DNA of 64,000 nt, taken from Myxococcota bacterium. GTDB taxonomy: Bacteria > Myxococcota_C > UBA6777. The stretch's first letter is position 1. Each line of letters opens with the position of its first letter. The translations under genes and the position numbers were made by a program. The stretch is from assembly GCA_023150835.1 (NCBI GenBank), contig JAKLKB010000015.1, positions 1 to 64,000 on the forward strand, in the 5' to 3' direction. The notes beneath the pieces were generated by a model. That model was not told the origin of the DNA and made no database searches. It was given only the letters and a program-made list of their open reading frames with translations. This document shows, piece by piece, positions 45,271-55,141 of this stretch.

Positions 45271-47924
45271 TCTTGATCTCCCCCATCCTTCGGGCGGGAT
45301 CGGTCGCTTTTCGGACGCTCTATCGCTTCGTTAGTGCGCGGTGTTTGCGGCGCGGGCGTTCCCTCCGAACCGCTGTGTTTCGCTCCCTCGCCCTGTCGCG
45401 CAGGCGGCTCGTTGCGAGAAGATGAAGTTCGTGGACCGCTCCCCTCGGGGCGTCGGGGAGGGCGGCCTCCTCGTTCGGCTCGGCCAGCAGAAGGAGAACG
45501 TCGATCGGTGTGTGTGCCGTCCGTTTCTTCGGACGCGCCGACTCTCGCTCCTCGGCCTTGGGGGGGACGTTGCCGCGACTCTTCTTGCACACGACTTCCC
45601 CGACGTTCGCGCATATCGAACGCTCGCTGGGCACCGTAGGGTTCGCGCTGGTTTCCATCCACATCGCGTCGATTTCCATCCACATCGCGGCCCCCTCGCC
45701 GATCTGTGTGCGAAACCGCACGTCCATCGGCCCCCATACCACGCATCCCTCGTCGATCCGTACCCTCATCGCTGCGCATCCCGCGACGATCCGTACCCTC
45801 ATCGCTGCGCATCCCGCGTCGATCCGTACCCTCATTTCCGCGCATCCCGCGCCGATCCGTACCCTCATCGCTGCGCATCCCGCGACGATCCGTACCCTCA
45901 TCGCTGCGCATCCCTCGTCGATCCGTACCCTCATTTCCGCGCATCCCGCGACGATCCGTACCCTCATTTCCGCGCATCCCGCGACGATCCGTACCCTCAT
46001 TTCCGCGCATCCCGCGCCGCTCAGTCCCATCGTCGCCACGCAAAGCCCTACGAGTCAAACGAACGGATTGGTTTTCTTCTCGTGGCTCCGAGACGTCCGC
46101 ACGTGAGCTGCGCTGCTCTTCTCGCAGATTGCGCTGTTCTTCTGGCAGATTGCGCTGTTCTTCTCGCGAATTACGCTGTTCTTCTCGCGAATTACGCTGT
46201 TCTTCTCGCAGATTGCGCCGTTCAAAACGATTTGGTGGGTGTAGAGGCCGGATATCTGAGGAAGCGGTGCGCGTCTCTAGAGTTCGTAAGGGTGCTGGGT
46301 TCGGGAGCGTCGGGGCTGGGTTCGGGAGCGTCGGGGCTTGGTTCGGAGGCGTCGCGCTTTCCTGCGAGAGCGTTACGCCGTCGTGTGGGGGCGTTGTGCC
46401 TTCCTGCGAGAGCGTTACGCCGTCGTGTGGGGGCGTTGTGCCTTCCTGCGAGAGCGTTACGCCGTTGTGTGGGGGCGTTGTACCTTCCTGCGAGAGCGTT
46501 ACGCCGTTGTGTGGGGGCATTGCGTCGTGGTGCGGGGAGGAGTGTTGCGTTAGAGGCCGTTCGAGTGGAGGAGAAGTGGACCCATCAGAAGGCGGAGGCA
46601 GATCTTGAGGCGACGTGCTTTCTTCGAGGGGCGTTTTTGTGTGGCGCGCTTTGGCGCGGATATCAAGAACACGCGTCTTGGCCGTTGCGACCGAAGAGCG
46701 TGGTGCTGTTTCGGTGTGACGACTTTTTTCAACGGACACATTGCGATCGCGTCGGGCATCTTGGGGGCCACGTTCTTTTGAGGAGATTCGGGCCTCACGC
46801 CGCGTAGGTGGTTCGCTTGGTGCTGAGGAACGGGAGATTTGTGATGTCGAGGATCGAGCGCGACGGCGTGTGCGCGGGGCGTCCTCGTCGTCATCGGCCT
46901 CCTCTTCGTCGTCATCAAAAGGAGGCAGAGGATACGGGAGGTTTCGAGGCTCCATCAAGGGTTCGACCCCACGACGGCCTTTGATTCGGGCTTGTCCTCG
47001 ATCGTCGAAATTGTCAAAATCTGCGAAGTCAAACGCCTTTTTTTCGGTTTCGGAGATCGGAGATGCCGCAGGATGCGTCTCTTTCGCAAAAGCGTCTTTG
47101 TACTCGGGAAGATCCGAGACATGAAACTCTTTTTCGACCACAGGATCGCGATCCAAAAAGACGATGCGCACCGTTTCTCGGAGCGGATGAACTTCTCTCA
47201 CTTTGCCGATCCCTTCGATGGTTTCGACATCGCGGCCGATCTTTGGCAAGTTGCGCCGCAGTTGTTTGTACACGCTCTGCTCGTAAGACAAACAACACAT
47301 CAAGCGACCACAGACCCCCGAAACTTTTTGAGGGTTGAGCGCGAGACTTTGATCTTTGGCCATACGGATCGAGACGGGGCTAAAGTTGCGCAAGAACCGA
47401 CTGCAACAGAGTTCTTGACCACAAGGTCCCGCCCCTCCGATCAGCTTGGCGCTATCGCGCACACCGATCTGACGCATCTCGATCCGCATCCGAAAATGCC
47501 TTGCAAGATCACGCACAAGATCCCGAAAATCGATGCGGCCTTCGGCTGAAAAATAGAAGATCATCTTGGTGCCGCTAAACAAATGCTCGGTACGAACCAT
47601 TTTCATCGGTAGCTTGTGAACCACGACGCGCTCACGACAGAAACGAAAGGCTTCTTTTTCGCGCAAACGATGGTATTTGGAGCGTTCGAGTTCTTCGGGG
47701 CTTGCGACGCGCAGTATCGGGAAGATCCGCAGGCTTGGTGGAGGAGCTTGTGTCAATTCGTAGGTGCGCTTGACCGAACCAAGGGCGATGCCTTGTTCCG
47801 TTTCGACGATGACTTTATCGCGTTCTTGGACGGAGACTTGATCGGCAGAAAACAGATACGCTTGGCCCGCCTTGCGGAAAGTCACTTCGGCGTATCGTTT
47901 GGAAGGAGACGTTTCTTGATTCAA
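45267..47924 (-). CDS. ricT: PSP1/RicT (YaaT) family Fe-S protein with a ~600-aa disordered repeat tail
   Basis: RIDFRDLVRDLA, EMRQIGVRD, GPCGQELCCSRFL, KVSGVCGRLMCCLSYE; lies between holB and tatD. Confidence 0.9.
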   Translation of the reverse strand: MNQETSPSKRYAEVTFRKAGQAYLFSADQVSVQERDKVIVETEQGIALGSVKRTYELTQAPPPSLRIFPILRVASPEELERSKYHRLREKEAFRFCRERVVVHKLPMKMVRTEHLFSGTKMIFYFSAEGRIDFRDLVRDLARHFRMRIEMRQIGVRDSAKLIGGAGPCGQELCCSRFLRNFSPVSIRMAKDQSLALNPQKVSGVCGRLMCCLSYEQSVYKQLRRNLPKIGRDVETIEGIGKVREVHPLRETVRIVFLDRDPVVEKEFHVSDLPEYKDAFAKETHPAASPISETEKKAFDFADFDNFDDRGQARIKGRRGVEPLMEPRNLPYPLPPFDDDEEEADDDEDAPRTRRRARSSTSQISRSSAPSEPPTRREARISSKERGPQDARRDRNVSVEKSRHTETAPRSSVATAKTRVLDIRAKARHTKTPLEESTSPQDLPPPSDGSTSPPLERPLTQHSSPHHDAMPPHNGVTLSQEGTTPPHNGVTLSQEGTTPPHDGVTLSQEGTTPPHDGVTLSQESATPPNQAPTLPNPAPTLPNPAPLRTLETRTASSDIRPLHPPNRFERRNLREEQRNSREEQRNSREEQRNLPEEQRNLREEQRSSRADVSEPREENQSVRLTRRALRGDDGTERRGMRGNEGTDRRGMRGNEGTDRRGMRGNEGTDRRGMRSDEGTDRRGMRSDEGTDRRGMRGNEGTDRRGMRSDEGTDRRGMRSDEGTDRRGMRGMGADGRAVSHTDRRGGRDVDGNRRDVDGNQREPYGAQRAFDMRERRGSRVQEESRQRPPQGRGARVGASEETDGTHTDRRSPSAGRAERGGRPPRRPEGSGPRTSSSRNEPPARQGEGAKHSGSEGTPAPQTPRTNEAIERPKSDRSRPKDGGDQE
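45743..46039 (-). repeat. 33-bp coding tandem repeat, 8 full plus 1 degenerate (EGTDRRGMR[GN/SD])
   Basis: gcatccc.cg.cgatccgtaccctcat period 33 from 45743. Confidence 0.95.
46110..46520 (-). repeat. Coding tandem repeats: 21-bp (EEQRN[S/L]R) about x5, 21-bp (PAPTLPN) x2, 42-bp (H[N/D]GVTLSQEGTTPP) x4
   Basis: Visible in both DNA and translation of the ricT tail. Confidence 0.9.
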
Positions 47925-48919
47925 CCCATGCCTCCGAGCGTAAGGAAAAGGTGTTCGAGAGTCAGCAATGGTGCGGTGTTTCGGCGCAAGGCCGCTTCAC
48001 ACTGATCGATCGCATGAACCGCACGAAACAGAGCAGGAGTGGATAACATTTGTGCGTGTTCTTGCAAGTGCGTCTGGAGATCGAGGTGGATCAAGCGCTG
48101 CATATCCCACCCGATCTCTCGAATCAACAACAGATCGCGCAGCCACGAACGCAAGAGATCCAAATACAACGCCAGATGTTCGCTTTCTTTGTTCAGACGT
48201 TCGGCGATCTCAAGGGCCGTCGTGGCCCCCGTAGGAACGCGATGAAGGGTCGGAAGTGCCGTCAACAAGGCGCGCCGCTGTTCATCGGAAAGATGGGCGT
48301 GCAACAACAAGGCTTTTCCCGGGGAGCCTTCGGCAAGCCCGGCCAGTAAAAAAGCCTGTTCGGGTGGGAGCGCGTGTTGTTGGACCAACCAATGCGTCAA
48401 TTCTTCGCGACGTAGCGGGGCAAATGGAACGCGCTGACAACGAGAAAGAATGGTCGGCATGATCTGACCAAGGCCCGAAGCGCACAAGATAAACAGGTTA
48501 TTGGGGGGGGGTTCTTCGAGCAGCTTGAGGAAAGCGTTGGCGGCTTCCTGATTCATTCGCTCGATCTGATCGAGGATGACGATGCGTCGTCGCCCTTCCT
48601 TGGGAGGAAATCGCGTCATACGTTGAAGATCGCGGATCTGACCGATGCGCAAAAGCTGCTTTTCAGGTTCCACCAACCACACATCGGGATGGGTCTCATG
48701 AAGGATCTTTTGACACGCCCCACAATGCTCACAAGGCTCCCATGTATCGGGCTGCGCCGTCAAACAATTCAGCCGCCGCGCAAGAACCAACGCGGTGGTG
48801 CGTTTTCCGCATCCTTCGGGCCCTGTGAACAAATAAGCGTTGGGGATACGATCTTGCTGCCAAGCAAAAAACAAGTCATGAAGCGCTCGCTCCTGACCAC
48901 GAATCGCTGCAAATCCCAC
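47921..48919 (-). CDS. holB: DNA polymerase III subunit delta'
   Basis: AYLFTGPEGCGK, Zn motif C...CEHCGAC, HPD, AANAFLKLLEEP, PTILSRC; probable GTG start at 48919. Confidence 0.93.
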   Translation of the reverse strand: MGFAAIRGQERALHDLFFAWQQDRIPNAYLFTGPEGCGKRTTALVLARRLNCLTAQPDTWEPCEHCGACQKILHETHPDVWLVEPEKQLLRIGQIRDLQRMTRFPPKEGRRRIVILDQIERMNQEAANAFLKLLEEPPPNNLFILCASGLGQIMPTILSRCQRVPFAPLRREELTHWLVQQHALPPEQAFLLAGLAEGSPGKALLLHAHLSDEQRRALLTALPTLHRVPTGATTALEIAERLNKESEHLALYLDLLRSWLRDLLLIREIGWDMQRLIHLDLQTHLQEHAQMLSTPALFRAVHAIDQCEAALRRNTAPLLTLEHLFLTLGGMG

Positions 48920-48933
48920 CCACTCACCTCTCT

Positions 48934-51111
48934 CTATTCTTCTTCTTCTTTGTTTGGTTTTTGTTTTTTGTCTCGATCCAACATCTGCTGCCAAGGGATC
49001 GCATCGGAGGGTGTACCGATCAGCGAATCATCCAGAGATGACGCATCTTTGCGGGAGAAGTTGGTCTTGTGCGAAAAGATGGCTTGGTGGATCTCTCGGT
49101 TGGCGCGGAGCAAAAACTCGTCAGGTTTTTCTTTGGGCTTGCGTGCGATCCCAGTCCGCGCCAAGACCGTCCCTTGCGGTGTCGAAAGCGTCATCGCAAG
49201 AAAACGCGGATGTTCTTGCAGCATCAGACGAAACCCCTGCAACGAGTTCACAAAACGCGGAGAACGCAGCAAGGCTTCGCTTACGGCCCAAACATCGGCA
49301 GAACCAGCCGTTTGGACATGAACGGGAAGCGCCAAACCAAGTCGGCGCATCACCGTCCCATCCAGTTGAAGCACACGCGCCAAAGCTTCGCGCATGGATT
49401 GTTCTTGGCCCTGCACGCGGTGGATATCAGCGCGGATCCCCCACATCCTCGTGCGCAGCGGCTTACTTTTCTCTGGCAAAGCAGCCAAGGCGCGTTGCGA
49501 AAACATCAACGCCTCGTCGTATGAGGCTTGGCGATAAGCGGCTTCTGCTTCGAGCGCATCGTAAAAGGCCCGTATCTCGGGGGTATGCTTTTCATCTCGT
49601 GCGCGCAAGATCCGCAACTGATCGCGCACCACCGCAGGGCCGATCAACACGACCACTTCGCCGATCAACCAATACGGAGCCGTCGCTCCGCCCGAACGAT
49701 ACGGAGAAAGCGTGTTTTGCAAAAACTCCATGTCGCTCGCAAGCTGGCGTCGCGCAATCGAACCATCCAACCATGCGCTGATCCGAACCGACTGACGCCA
49801 AAACCAGTTCTTGACACGCTGCCACCAGCCCTGTGCAGCGGCGTCTTCGCGTGCAATCTCCACTTGCATTAAGCGCGAGTGGCGCAACATCATATGTGCT
49901 CCAACGCTCTGTTGACGGGGATCTGCGCTGGTGTGGCCGTGGCGGTCAGGGCGATCTCGTACCAGTTCCAGCGCCTTGTGTGCGCGATCCACATCTCCCA
50001 CCGACAGCCAAAAATTTCCTTGGGACAACTGATGCCCCGCAAACATCGACTCTTTTAGATGCGGAAGCTGCCGATTTTTCCAATCTTGGGCTTGGCGAAG
50101 CGCGTTAAACCCTTGATTTAAGCGGCCTTGCTCAAGATACACAAAGGTCAAAAACTCCCACGGGTTGGTATGCAAACTCGGGTAAAAATAACGGGTGGCT
50201 TCAAGCGCATAACGCTCGGCTTCATCAAAGCGAAAGACGCCAAGATACGCTTCGGCAAGGTTGGTGCGATGCGTCGTTCGGTCACGCGAGACGATCTTTT
50301 CGTCCTCCACAAAAGCTTCACGACAGTAATGCAACGACTCGACACGCTTTCCCTGCTCGAAGGTGATCGCACAAAGGGCGTTCAATGCTGTGGTTTTGTA
50401 CTTCTTTTGTTGCAGGTAGGTCAAAGCAAGATTTGTGGCCTCGCTGTATCGGCGAAGTTTCATCAAACTCCAAGGCATCAGGTCTTCCAGTTTATAGATC
50501 GGATACAGCCGATCATGTTCTTGGATCAGCTTGAGTGCTTCTGCATCCCGACCAAGCTGACGCAGGCTGTAGATCATCTCCAACATCATCACGTGATGGC
50601 TCAACGACGGAACACGCCCAACGATCGCCTTATACAACGCATTTGATTCGCGCAGGTAACGCAAGGCCAACACCAACTCCCCCTCTTGGTGGCGCAACAG
50701 GTACGCCAAGACAAAACGACCCACATACGAATTGGGCCGCCTCGGCAGTAGCTTTTCCTCGATCAACGTACGCGCACGATTCATCTTCCCCTGCACAAAC
50801 AGCGTGAGGATCTCTTGCTCCAAGGCTGTTTTGGGCAGTTCTTTTTCTGTAAAGACCTTCGCGGTAAAGGGATCGGGGCGGATCCCCGCATAAGCGCTCT
50901 GACCACCCCATCCGATCGACCCAACCACCAACCCCACGCACAACAGCCCAAGGCATCGGCCCTGTGCGATAGGCTTTGTTGTGAAGCGATCCGCGATCCA
51001 TGCACACAACAGCCCAAGGCATCGAGCCAACAAGCCGATGCGCACAACAGCCCGAAGAGGCGCACCTAAGCGGGCGTAGTATCGGCTCACGTCGTATCTT
51101 TTCAAACGCAT
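48934..51111 (-). CDS. Exported/membrane-anchored TPR-like protein
   Basis: N-terminal hydrophobic segment with a short duplication (RCLGLLC twice) and helical TPR-like repeats; start uncertain. Confidence 0.7.
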   Translation of the reverse strand: MRLKRYDVSRYYARLGAPLRAVVRIGLLARCLGLLCAWIADRFTTKPIAQGRCLGLLCVGLVVGSIGWGGQSAYAGIRPDPFTAKVFTEKELPKTALEQEILTLFVQGKMNRARTLIEEKLLPRRPNSYVGRFVLAYLLRHQEGELVLALRYLRESNALYKAIVGRVPSLSHHVMMLEMIYSLRQLGRDAEALKLIQEHDRLYPIYKLEDLMPWSLMKLRRYSEATNLALTYLQQKKYKTTALNALCAITFEQGKRVESLHYCREAFVEDEKIVSRDRTTHRTNLAEAYLGVFRFDEAERYALEATRYFYPSLHTNPWEFLTFVYLEQGRLNQGFNALRQAQDWKNRQLPHLKESMFAGHQLSQGNFWLSVGDVDRAHKALELVRDRPDRHGHTSADPRQQSVGAHMMLRHSRLMQVEIAREDAAAQGWWQRVKNWFWRQSVRISAWLDGSIARRQLASDMEFLQNTLSPYRSGGATAPYWLIGEVVVLIGPAVVRDQLRILRARDEKHTPEIRAFYDALEAEAAYRQASYDEALMFSQRALAALPEKSKPLRTRMWGIRADIHRVQGQEQSMREALARVLQLDGTVMRRLGLALPVHVQTAGSADVWAVSEALLRSPRFVNSLQGFRLMLQEHPRFLAMTLSTPQGTVLARTGIARKPKEKPDEFLLRANREIHQAIFSHKTNFSRKDASSLDDSLIGTPSDAIPWQQMLDRDKKQKPNKEEEE

Positions 51112-51123
51112 GACTCTGTCCTC

Positions 51124-53643
51124 TCAAGAAACAGCAGGAGACGGTGTGGTGCGGCGCTTCTTTTCGGCCCTTTTTTCGGCCTTCTTGGCGGCTCGTCTTG
51201 CTTGAGCGTCTTTCCAGCGAACCCAAAAAGCCGGTGGCAAGACACGCCAGCGATCAAATAGATGCAAGCACCAAGAAACAGGGTCCAAAAAGCCGAAGAC
51301 TTGGCGATACCAAGCAAAGGTCTTGGAGATCTGAACCTGACAAGCCAACAGATCGTGCGCGTTGACTTTGGGCGGAAGCCGCGAACCCAAGCGCAAAGCT
51401 GAAAGCTGCTCAACAATCGGTCGCAGCGCAGGGATCGTCTGTTGAAAACGATCCGCAAACACCTCAAGCGACTCGCCCACAGGACGCCGCATCCCCATCT
51501 CACAAAACCGATCTTCGAGCGACATCAAAAACCAGCGCAAACGGCGCTCACCACCCGCGATCGCAAACCAAAAAGCCACACGTCGCCCAAACTTCAAGGC
51601 ATACAAACTCAAGATCAACGCCCACAAGAAAGGGAACAGATTGATCCGCAACGGTTCTCGACGCCGCAAGATCGGATCGATCTCCTCTTTAGGATTTTTG
51701 ATCGCCCCGATCTTCGGGGGGGGTGGAGGCGTGTTGCGCGAAAGCTTTGCAAGGGTCTGGCGAAGCTGTGGATCGGGCGGTGGTTGGCGCTGTTCGCGCA
51801 GTGCTTGGGGAGAAGGATCCATCGGAACCCAACCGATCCCCTCGAAGTAAAGTTCTGGCCATGCGTGGGCCTCGTTGTCCCGAATCAACAAGCTCGAAGT
51901 CGAGCCTCGGTTGTCATCGGGCGTTGCGTAGCCTTCGCCGATACGGGCAGGGATCCCCGCAAGCCGCATCAAAAACACCGAAGCATGGGACAGATGCACA
52001 CAATACCCGATACGACTGCGGAACAAAAAGTGACGCACAGGATCTTGCTTGGCCGTAAGCTCCTCGTAGCGCGGATCAGGAAAGGAAACCTTCTTTGCGC
52101 TGGGATGATCGCGCAGGAAATCCGTCCACGGATTGCCTTTTTCCATCCGCTCGCGGTGTTTGTCCCACAGCCCCTTGATCCGCTCTTGCGAAGGCGGGCG
52201 CAGCGAATACAACGTGTGCTTGTCCAGCCACATCTTGATCAAAAAAGCCTTGGCCGTCAGGTTGTTGGCATGTTTTCCAGAAAGCGGACTCAATATCTCC
52301 GCCAGCAGATCTTTGTAAGACTGATCTTGCGGTCCAGCCGTATAATGCTGCCACAGATCCTTGCTCCAACGCGGATTCCCCACCTTGAGCGTCAATGCAT
52401 ACTCCCCATCATAGGCCATCGAGTCGACTTCATAAGCGCGCACAAACACCCGTGGATTGGGGTTTGCGATCCCTTGAAAACTGGTCGGATCCAACAAGCC
52501 GAAGGGATGGGTATGTTCGCGCAACAACGACACTCGCGTCCGTACACGCTTGCGGTCTCCTCGAAGCTGCGGTAGCGGCTTGCCATCCTTCCCCTGCTGT
52601 GAGCTTCCTCGGGCTGCATACAGATGCTCCATCACCCCTTCGTTCGGGAAAAAAGACATCGTATCGTTGTGGATCTCTTTGTGCGAACCTTTCTCCATCC
52701 GCAAGCCGTTGTAAAAAGTCAAGGCTTTTTGGCGGAAGTACAGGATCTTGCGCTTGGGACGGTAATCATCCCGAAACACCACCACCGCCACAGGCTCAGG
52801 CTGCGGCTGTTGCTGGTTTTGTGGAGGGGGCGGATCAAATGGCATCTCGTCTTGCTGTTTTTTGCGCTGCTGTTCTTGCTCTTTCTTCTTGCCTTGCTTG
52901 TCGTCGCCTTTGCCTTGCAGTCGATTCACAAGCTTGTCCAGCTTCGCCGCTCCGACCCCCGACAAGAACCACAGCACCGACGAGATCAAGAACAACACCA
53001 ACACCGCAACCCCCACGATCTGTCGGCGCTGTCGCACCCGAATCAGTCCCAGCACCATCAAGATCGCAGCCCCCACCCCGATCAACAACAGATACAAGAT
53101 CGGATCTTCGCCTCGCTCCAAAGCCCAATCCACAAGGTATTGTGGTCGGTGGATGCTGTTGTCACGGTGCGAAGCAAACAACGAAGCCGCCCCAAACAAC
53201 GGCAACATCAACTCGACACTCACCCATGCTGGAAAGCGCACCGCCAAAGCACGCAATCCACCAAGCAGCGCAAGCGCTCCTCCCCCCCACCAACAGATAT
53301 CCGCCGCACGCAGGGCCATCCCAGCCCCCAACAGCTCGACCAACCACGACCACGCACCGAACGCAAACGAAAGCCCCGCGCACACCAACCCGCCCACAAC
53401 GATCCACGCGTACAACATCCATGCACGCAACCTCGTGCGCGCCAGCCATTCCCCCACATACACGCCCCCGATCGCCCCCAACACCCCTGCGATCACTCCC
53501 ACGCCCGTCGTGAGGCCCCATCCAAACGCAAGCATCGACAACGCCATCAACAACGCCCGCAACGTCACGCCAAAACGCCGCAAGAGACTTTGCCCGTCTT
53601 CTTTGCTGACTTCTTCGATCCGTACGGCTTGTTCGATCTGCAT
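51124..53643 (-). CDS. Polytopic membrane protein with a transglutaminase-like domain (TgpA-like)
   Basis: About 8 N-terminal TMs; triad motifs GYCVHL...AGIPARIGEGY, HAWPELYF, WVPMDP; C-terminal TM. Confidence 0.88.
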   Translation of the reverse strand: MQIEQAVRIEEVSKEDGQSLLRRFGVTLRALLMALSMLAFGWGLTTGVGVIAGVLGAIGGVYVGEWLARTRLRAWMLYAWIVVGGLVCAGLSFAFGAWSWLVELLGAGMALRAADICWWGGGALALLGGLRALAVRFPAWVSVELMLPLFGAASLFASHRDNSIHRPQYLVDWALERGEDPILYLLLIGVGAAILMVLGLIRVRQRRQIVGVAVLVLFLISSVLWFLSGVGAAKLDKLVNRLQGKGDDKQGKKKEQEQQRKKQQDEMPFDPPPPQNQQQPQPEPVAVVVFRDDYRPKRKILYFRQKALTFYNGLRMEKGSHKEIHNDTMSFFPNEGVMEHLYAARGSSQQGKDGKPLPQLRGDRKRVRTRVSLLREHTHPFGLLDPTSFQGIANPNPRVFVRAYEVDSMAYDGEYALTLKVGNPRWSKDLWQHYTAGPQDQSYKDLLAEILSPLSGKHANNLTAKAFLIKMWLDKHTLYSLRPPSQERIKGLWDKHRERMEKGNPWTDFLRDHPSAKKVSFPDPRYEELTAKQDPVRHFLFRSRIGYCVHLSHASVFLMRLAGIPARIGEGYATPDDNRGSTSSLLIRDNEAHAWPELYFEGIGWVPMDPSPQALREQRQPPPDPQLRQTLAKLSRNTPPPPPKIGAIKNPKEEIDPILRRREPLRINLFPFLWALILSLYALKFGRRVAFWFAIAGGERRLRWFLMSLEDRFCEMGMRRPVGESLEVFADRFQQTIPALRPIVEQLSALRLGSRLPPKVNAHDLLACQVQISKTFAWYRQVFGFLDPVSWCLHLFDRWRVLPPAFWVRWKDAQARRAAKKAEKRAEKKRRTTPSPAVS

Positions 53644-53724
53644 CTCTTCGATCCTCTCTCTTCTCTTTCCCGTGTTGACCCGAATTGTCGGCTTGGATGG
53701 TGTGAGGGTTATGGACGACTGCGG

Positions 53725-55089
53725 TCAAGACCAAGACAGACTTTCACCAAAGTTCCGTGCCTCGTAGTGGCTGCGTTGGGGTCGTGCAGCAAAACGCAAC
53801 TCCATCCCATGTTGGCCGATCTGCCGCAGTTCTTCGAGAAGAGAGGGCTGCGGTGACTCTTCTTCGCCTTTTGGCAACAAAAAGAAACGCCACCAACGCG
53901 GCTCGCTTGGGGGGGGCGCGCTTGTATCCAAAGCAACGTCTTCATCCAGTTCTCGATTGTCCGCAACAATCAAACTGCACCGCGCAGGATGACGCTTGAG
54001 TGTGTCTCGAACCTGCGGCAACCAGCGCCATACGCTCGCCGACGCAAACAACAACAACTGGTGGCGCTCTGGATCGAATTGTACAGACTCCAAAAAGCCC
54101 TCTAGGCCCCGACCCTGCGCCTCCATCGCCGTCCCCGATCGCGCCAAGATCTCGCGGCCCGTCGCCAAATCTTCTTTTGCGATCAAAGAACTCCCATCCG
54201 CCCCCAAAGACCACCCGTGCCCAAGCGCACCACTTTCCATCGACCAACGGGCGATCTCCGATGCGTACTCATCGAACGGATCGCAGATCAGATAGGCCAG
54301 TAATTTGAGATCGTAGTCTCTTGAAGGCTCTTGTATCCGCACGATCAACTGTTGCGAACGCGCAAACAGCTTCCAATGGATGTGGCGTATCGGATCACCC
54401 GGCATATACGCCCGTGTGTCTACAAGATCCCCGTGACGTGGGCTGCTTGGAACATAATGGCCTTCGCCATCCGACATCGAACGCAAGGGAGTTGTCAAAA
54501 AGCTCGATACTCTAGGAAGAACTTGTACCGATCGTTGTTCCTCCCGCTCCCACCGCACTTCTGATAAACTAAAAAAATCACGCACCACAAATGCCCGAAC
54601 GATCCGCTCTGCCGACCACCGCCGCTGAAAGCGAACAAACTCTTCCATCCCCCGAAAGTGCGTCTCTAACGTCACTTCGGCCTTGGGTTCTAACCAGATC
54701 ACCCGAAAGTCCACAAATGGCATCTGCCACGCGGGCAGCCGTAGCCCCGTTTCTACGGCCTCTCCAACCACACCCTGCAACGGGGTCGTTGCGATGGACG
54801 TTGCAGACAGCGCACGCATCCGCCATCCCACCCACAAAGACGTCCCCACCACCAACACCACCCCCAAAACCACCAAACAAAGCGCAATCGCCCCAAGCAC
54901 CAACAAGATCCAATCTTTTTGACGCAGGCCGTACCCCCACAAAAACAACACACCAAACACGGCCATCCCCATCCCTCGGCGGCTAAGAGGAAAAAGCAAC
55001 CACACACGGCGCAAGAAACGACCGATCTTTCGCCAGAATCCGCGTTTCTCTTTTGTACTCGTCTCTTGAGGCTGCAATTCAATCCCCAC
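53725..55089 (-). CDS. DUF58 domain protein
   Basis: RAYMPGDPIRHIHWKLFARSQQLIVR; two N-terminal TMs; GTG 55089 after AAGGAG. Confidence 0.88.
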   Translation of the reverse strand: MGIELQPQETSTKEKRGFWRKIGRFLRRVWLLFPLSRRGMGMAVFGVLFLWGYGLRQKDWILLVLGAIALCLVVLGVVLVVGTSLWVGWRMRALSATSIATTPLQGVVGEAVETGLRLPAWQMPFVDFRVIWLEPKAEVTLETHFRGMEEFVRFQRRWSAERIVRAFVVRDFFSLSEVRWEREEQRSVQVLPRVSSFLTTPLRSMSDGEGHYVPSSPRHGDLVDTRAYMPGDPIRHIHWKLFARSQQLIVRIQEPSRDYDLKLLAYLICDPFDEYASEIARWSMESGALGHGWSLGADGSSLIAKEDLATGREILARSGTAMEAQGRGLEGFLESVQFDPERHQLLLFASASVWRWLPQVRDTLKRHPARCSLIVADNRELDEDVALDTSAPPPSEPRWWRFFLLPKGEEESPQPSLLEELRQIGQHGMELRFAARPQRSHYEARNFGESLSWS

Positions 55090-55141
55090 GCGCAATCTCC
55101 TTTTCGTTGTGGTCGCGATGGTGTCGATGGGATGGGCTGGA

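Noticed and set aside
45320-46807. Long alternative-frame and antisense ORFs over the ricT tail, and similar ones over dnaK, prfA and the transglutaminase gene
   Set aside because: Shadow ORFs from repeats and codon bias, overlapping well-supported genes.
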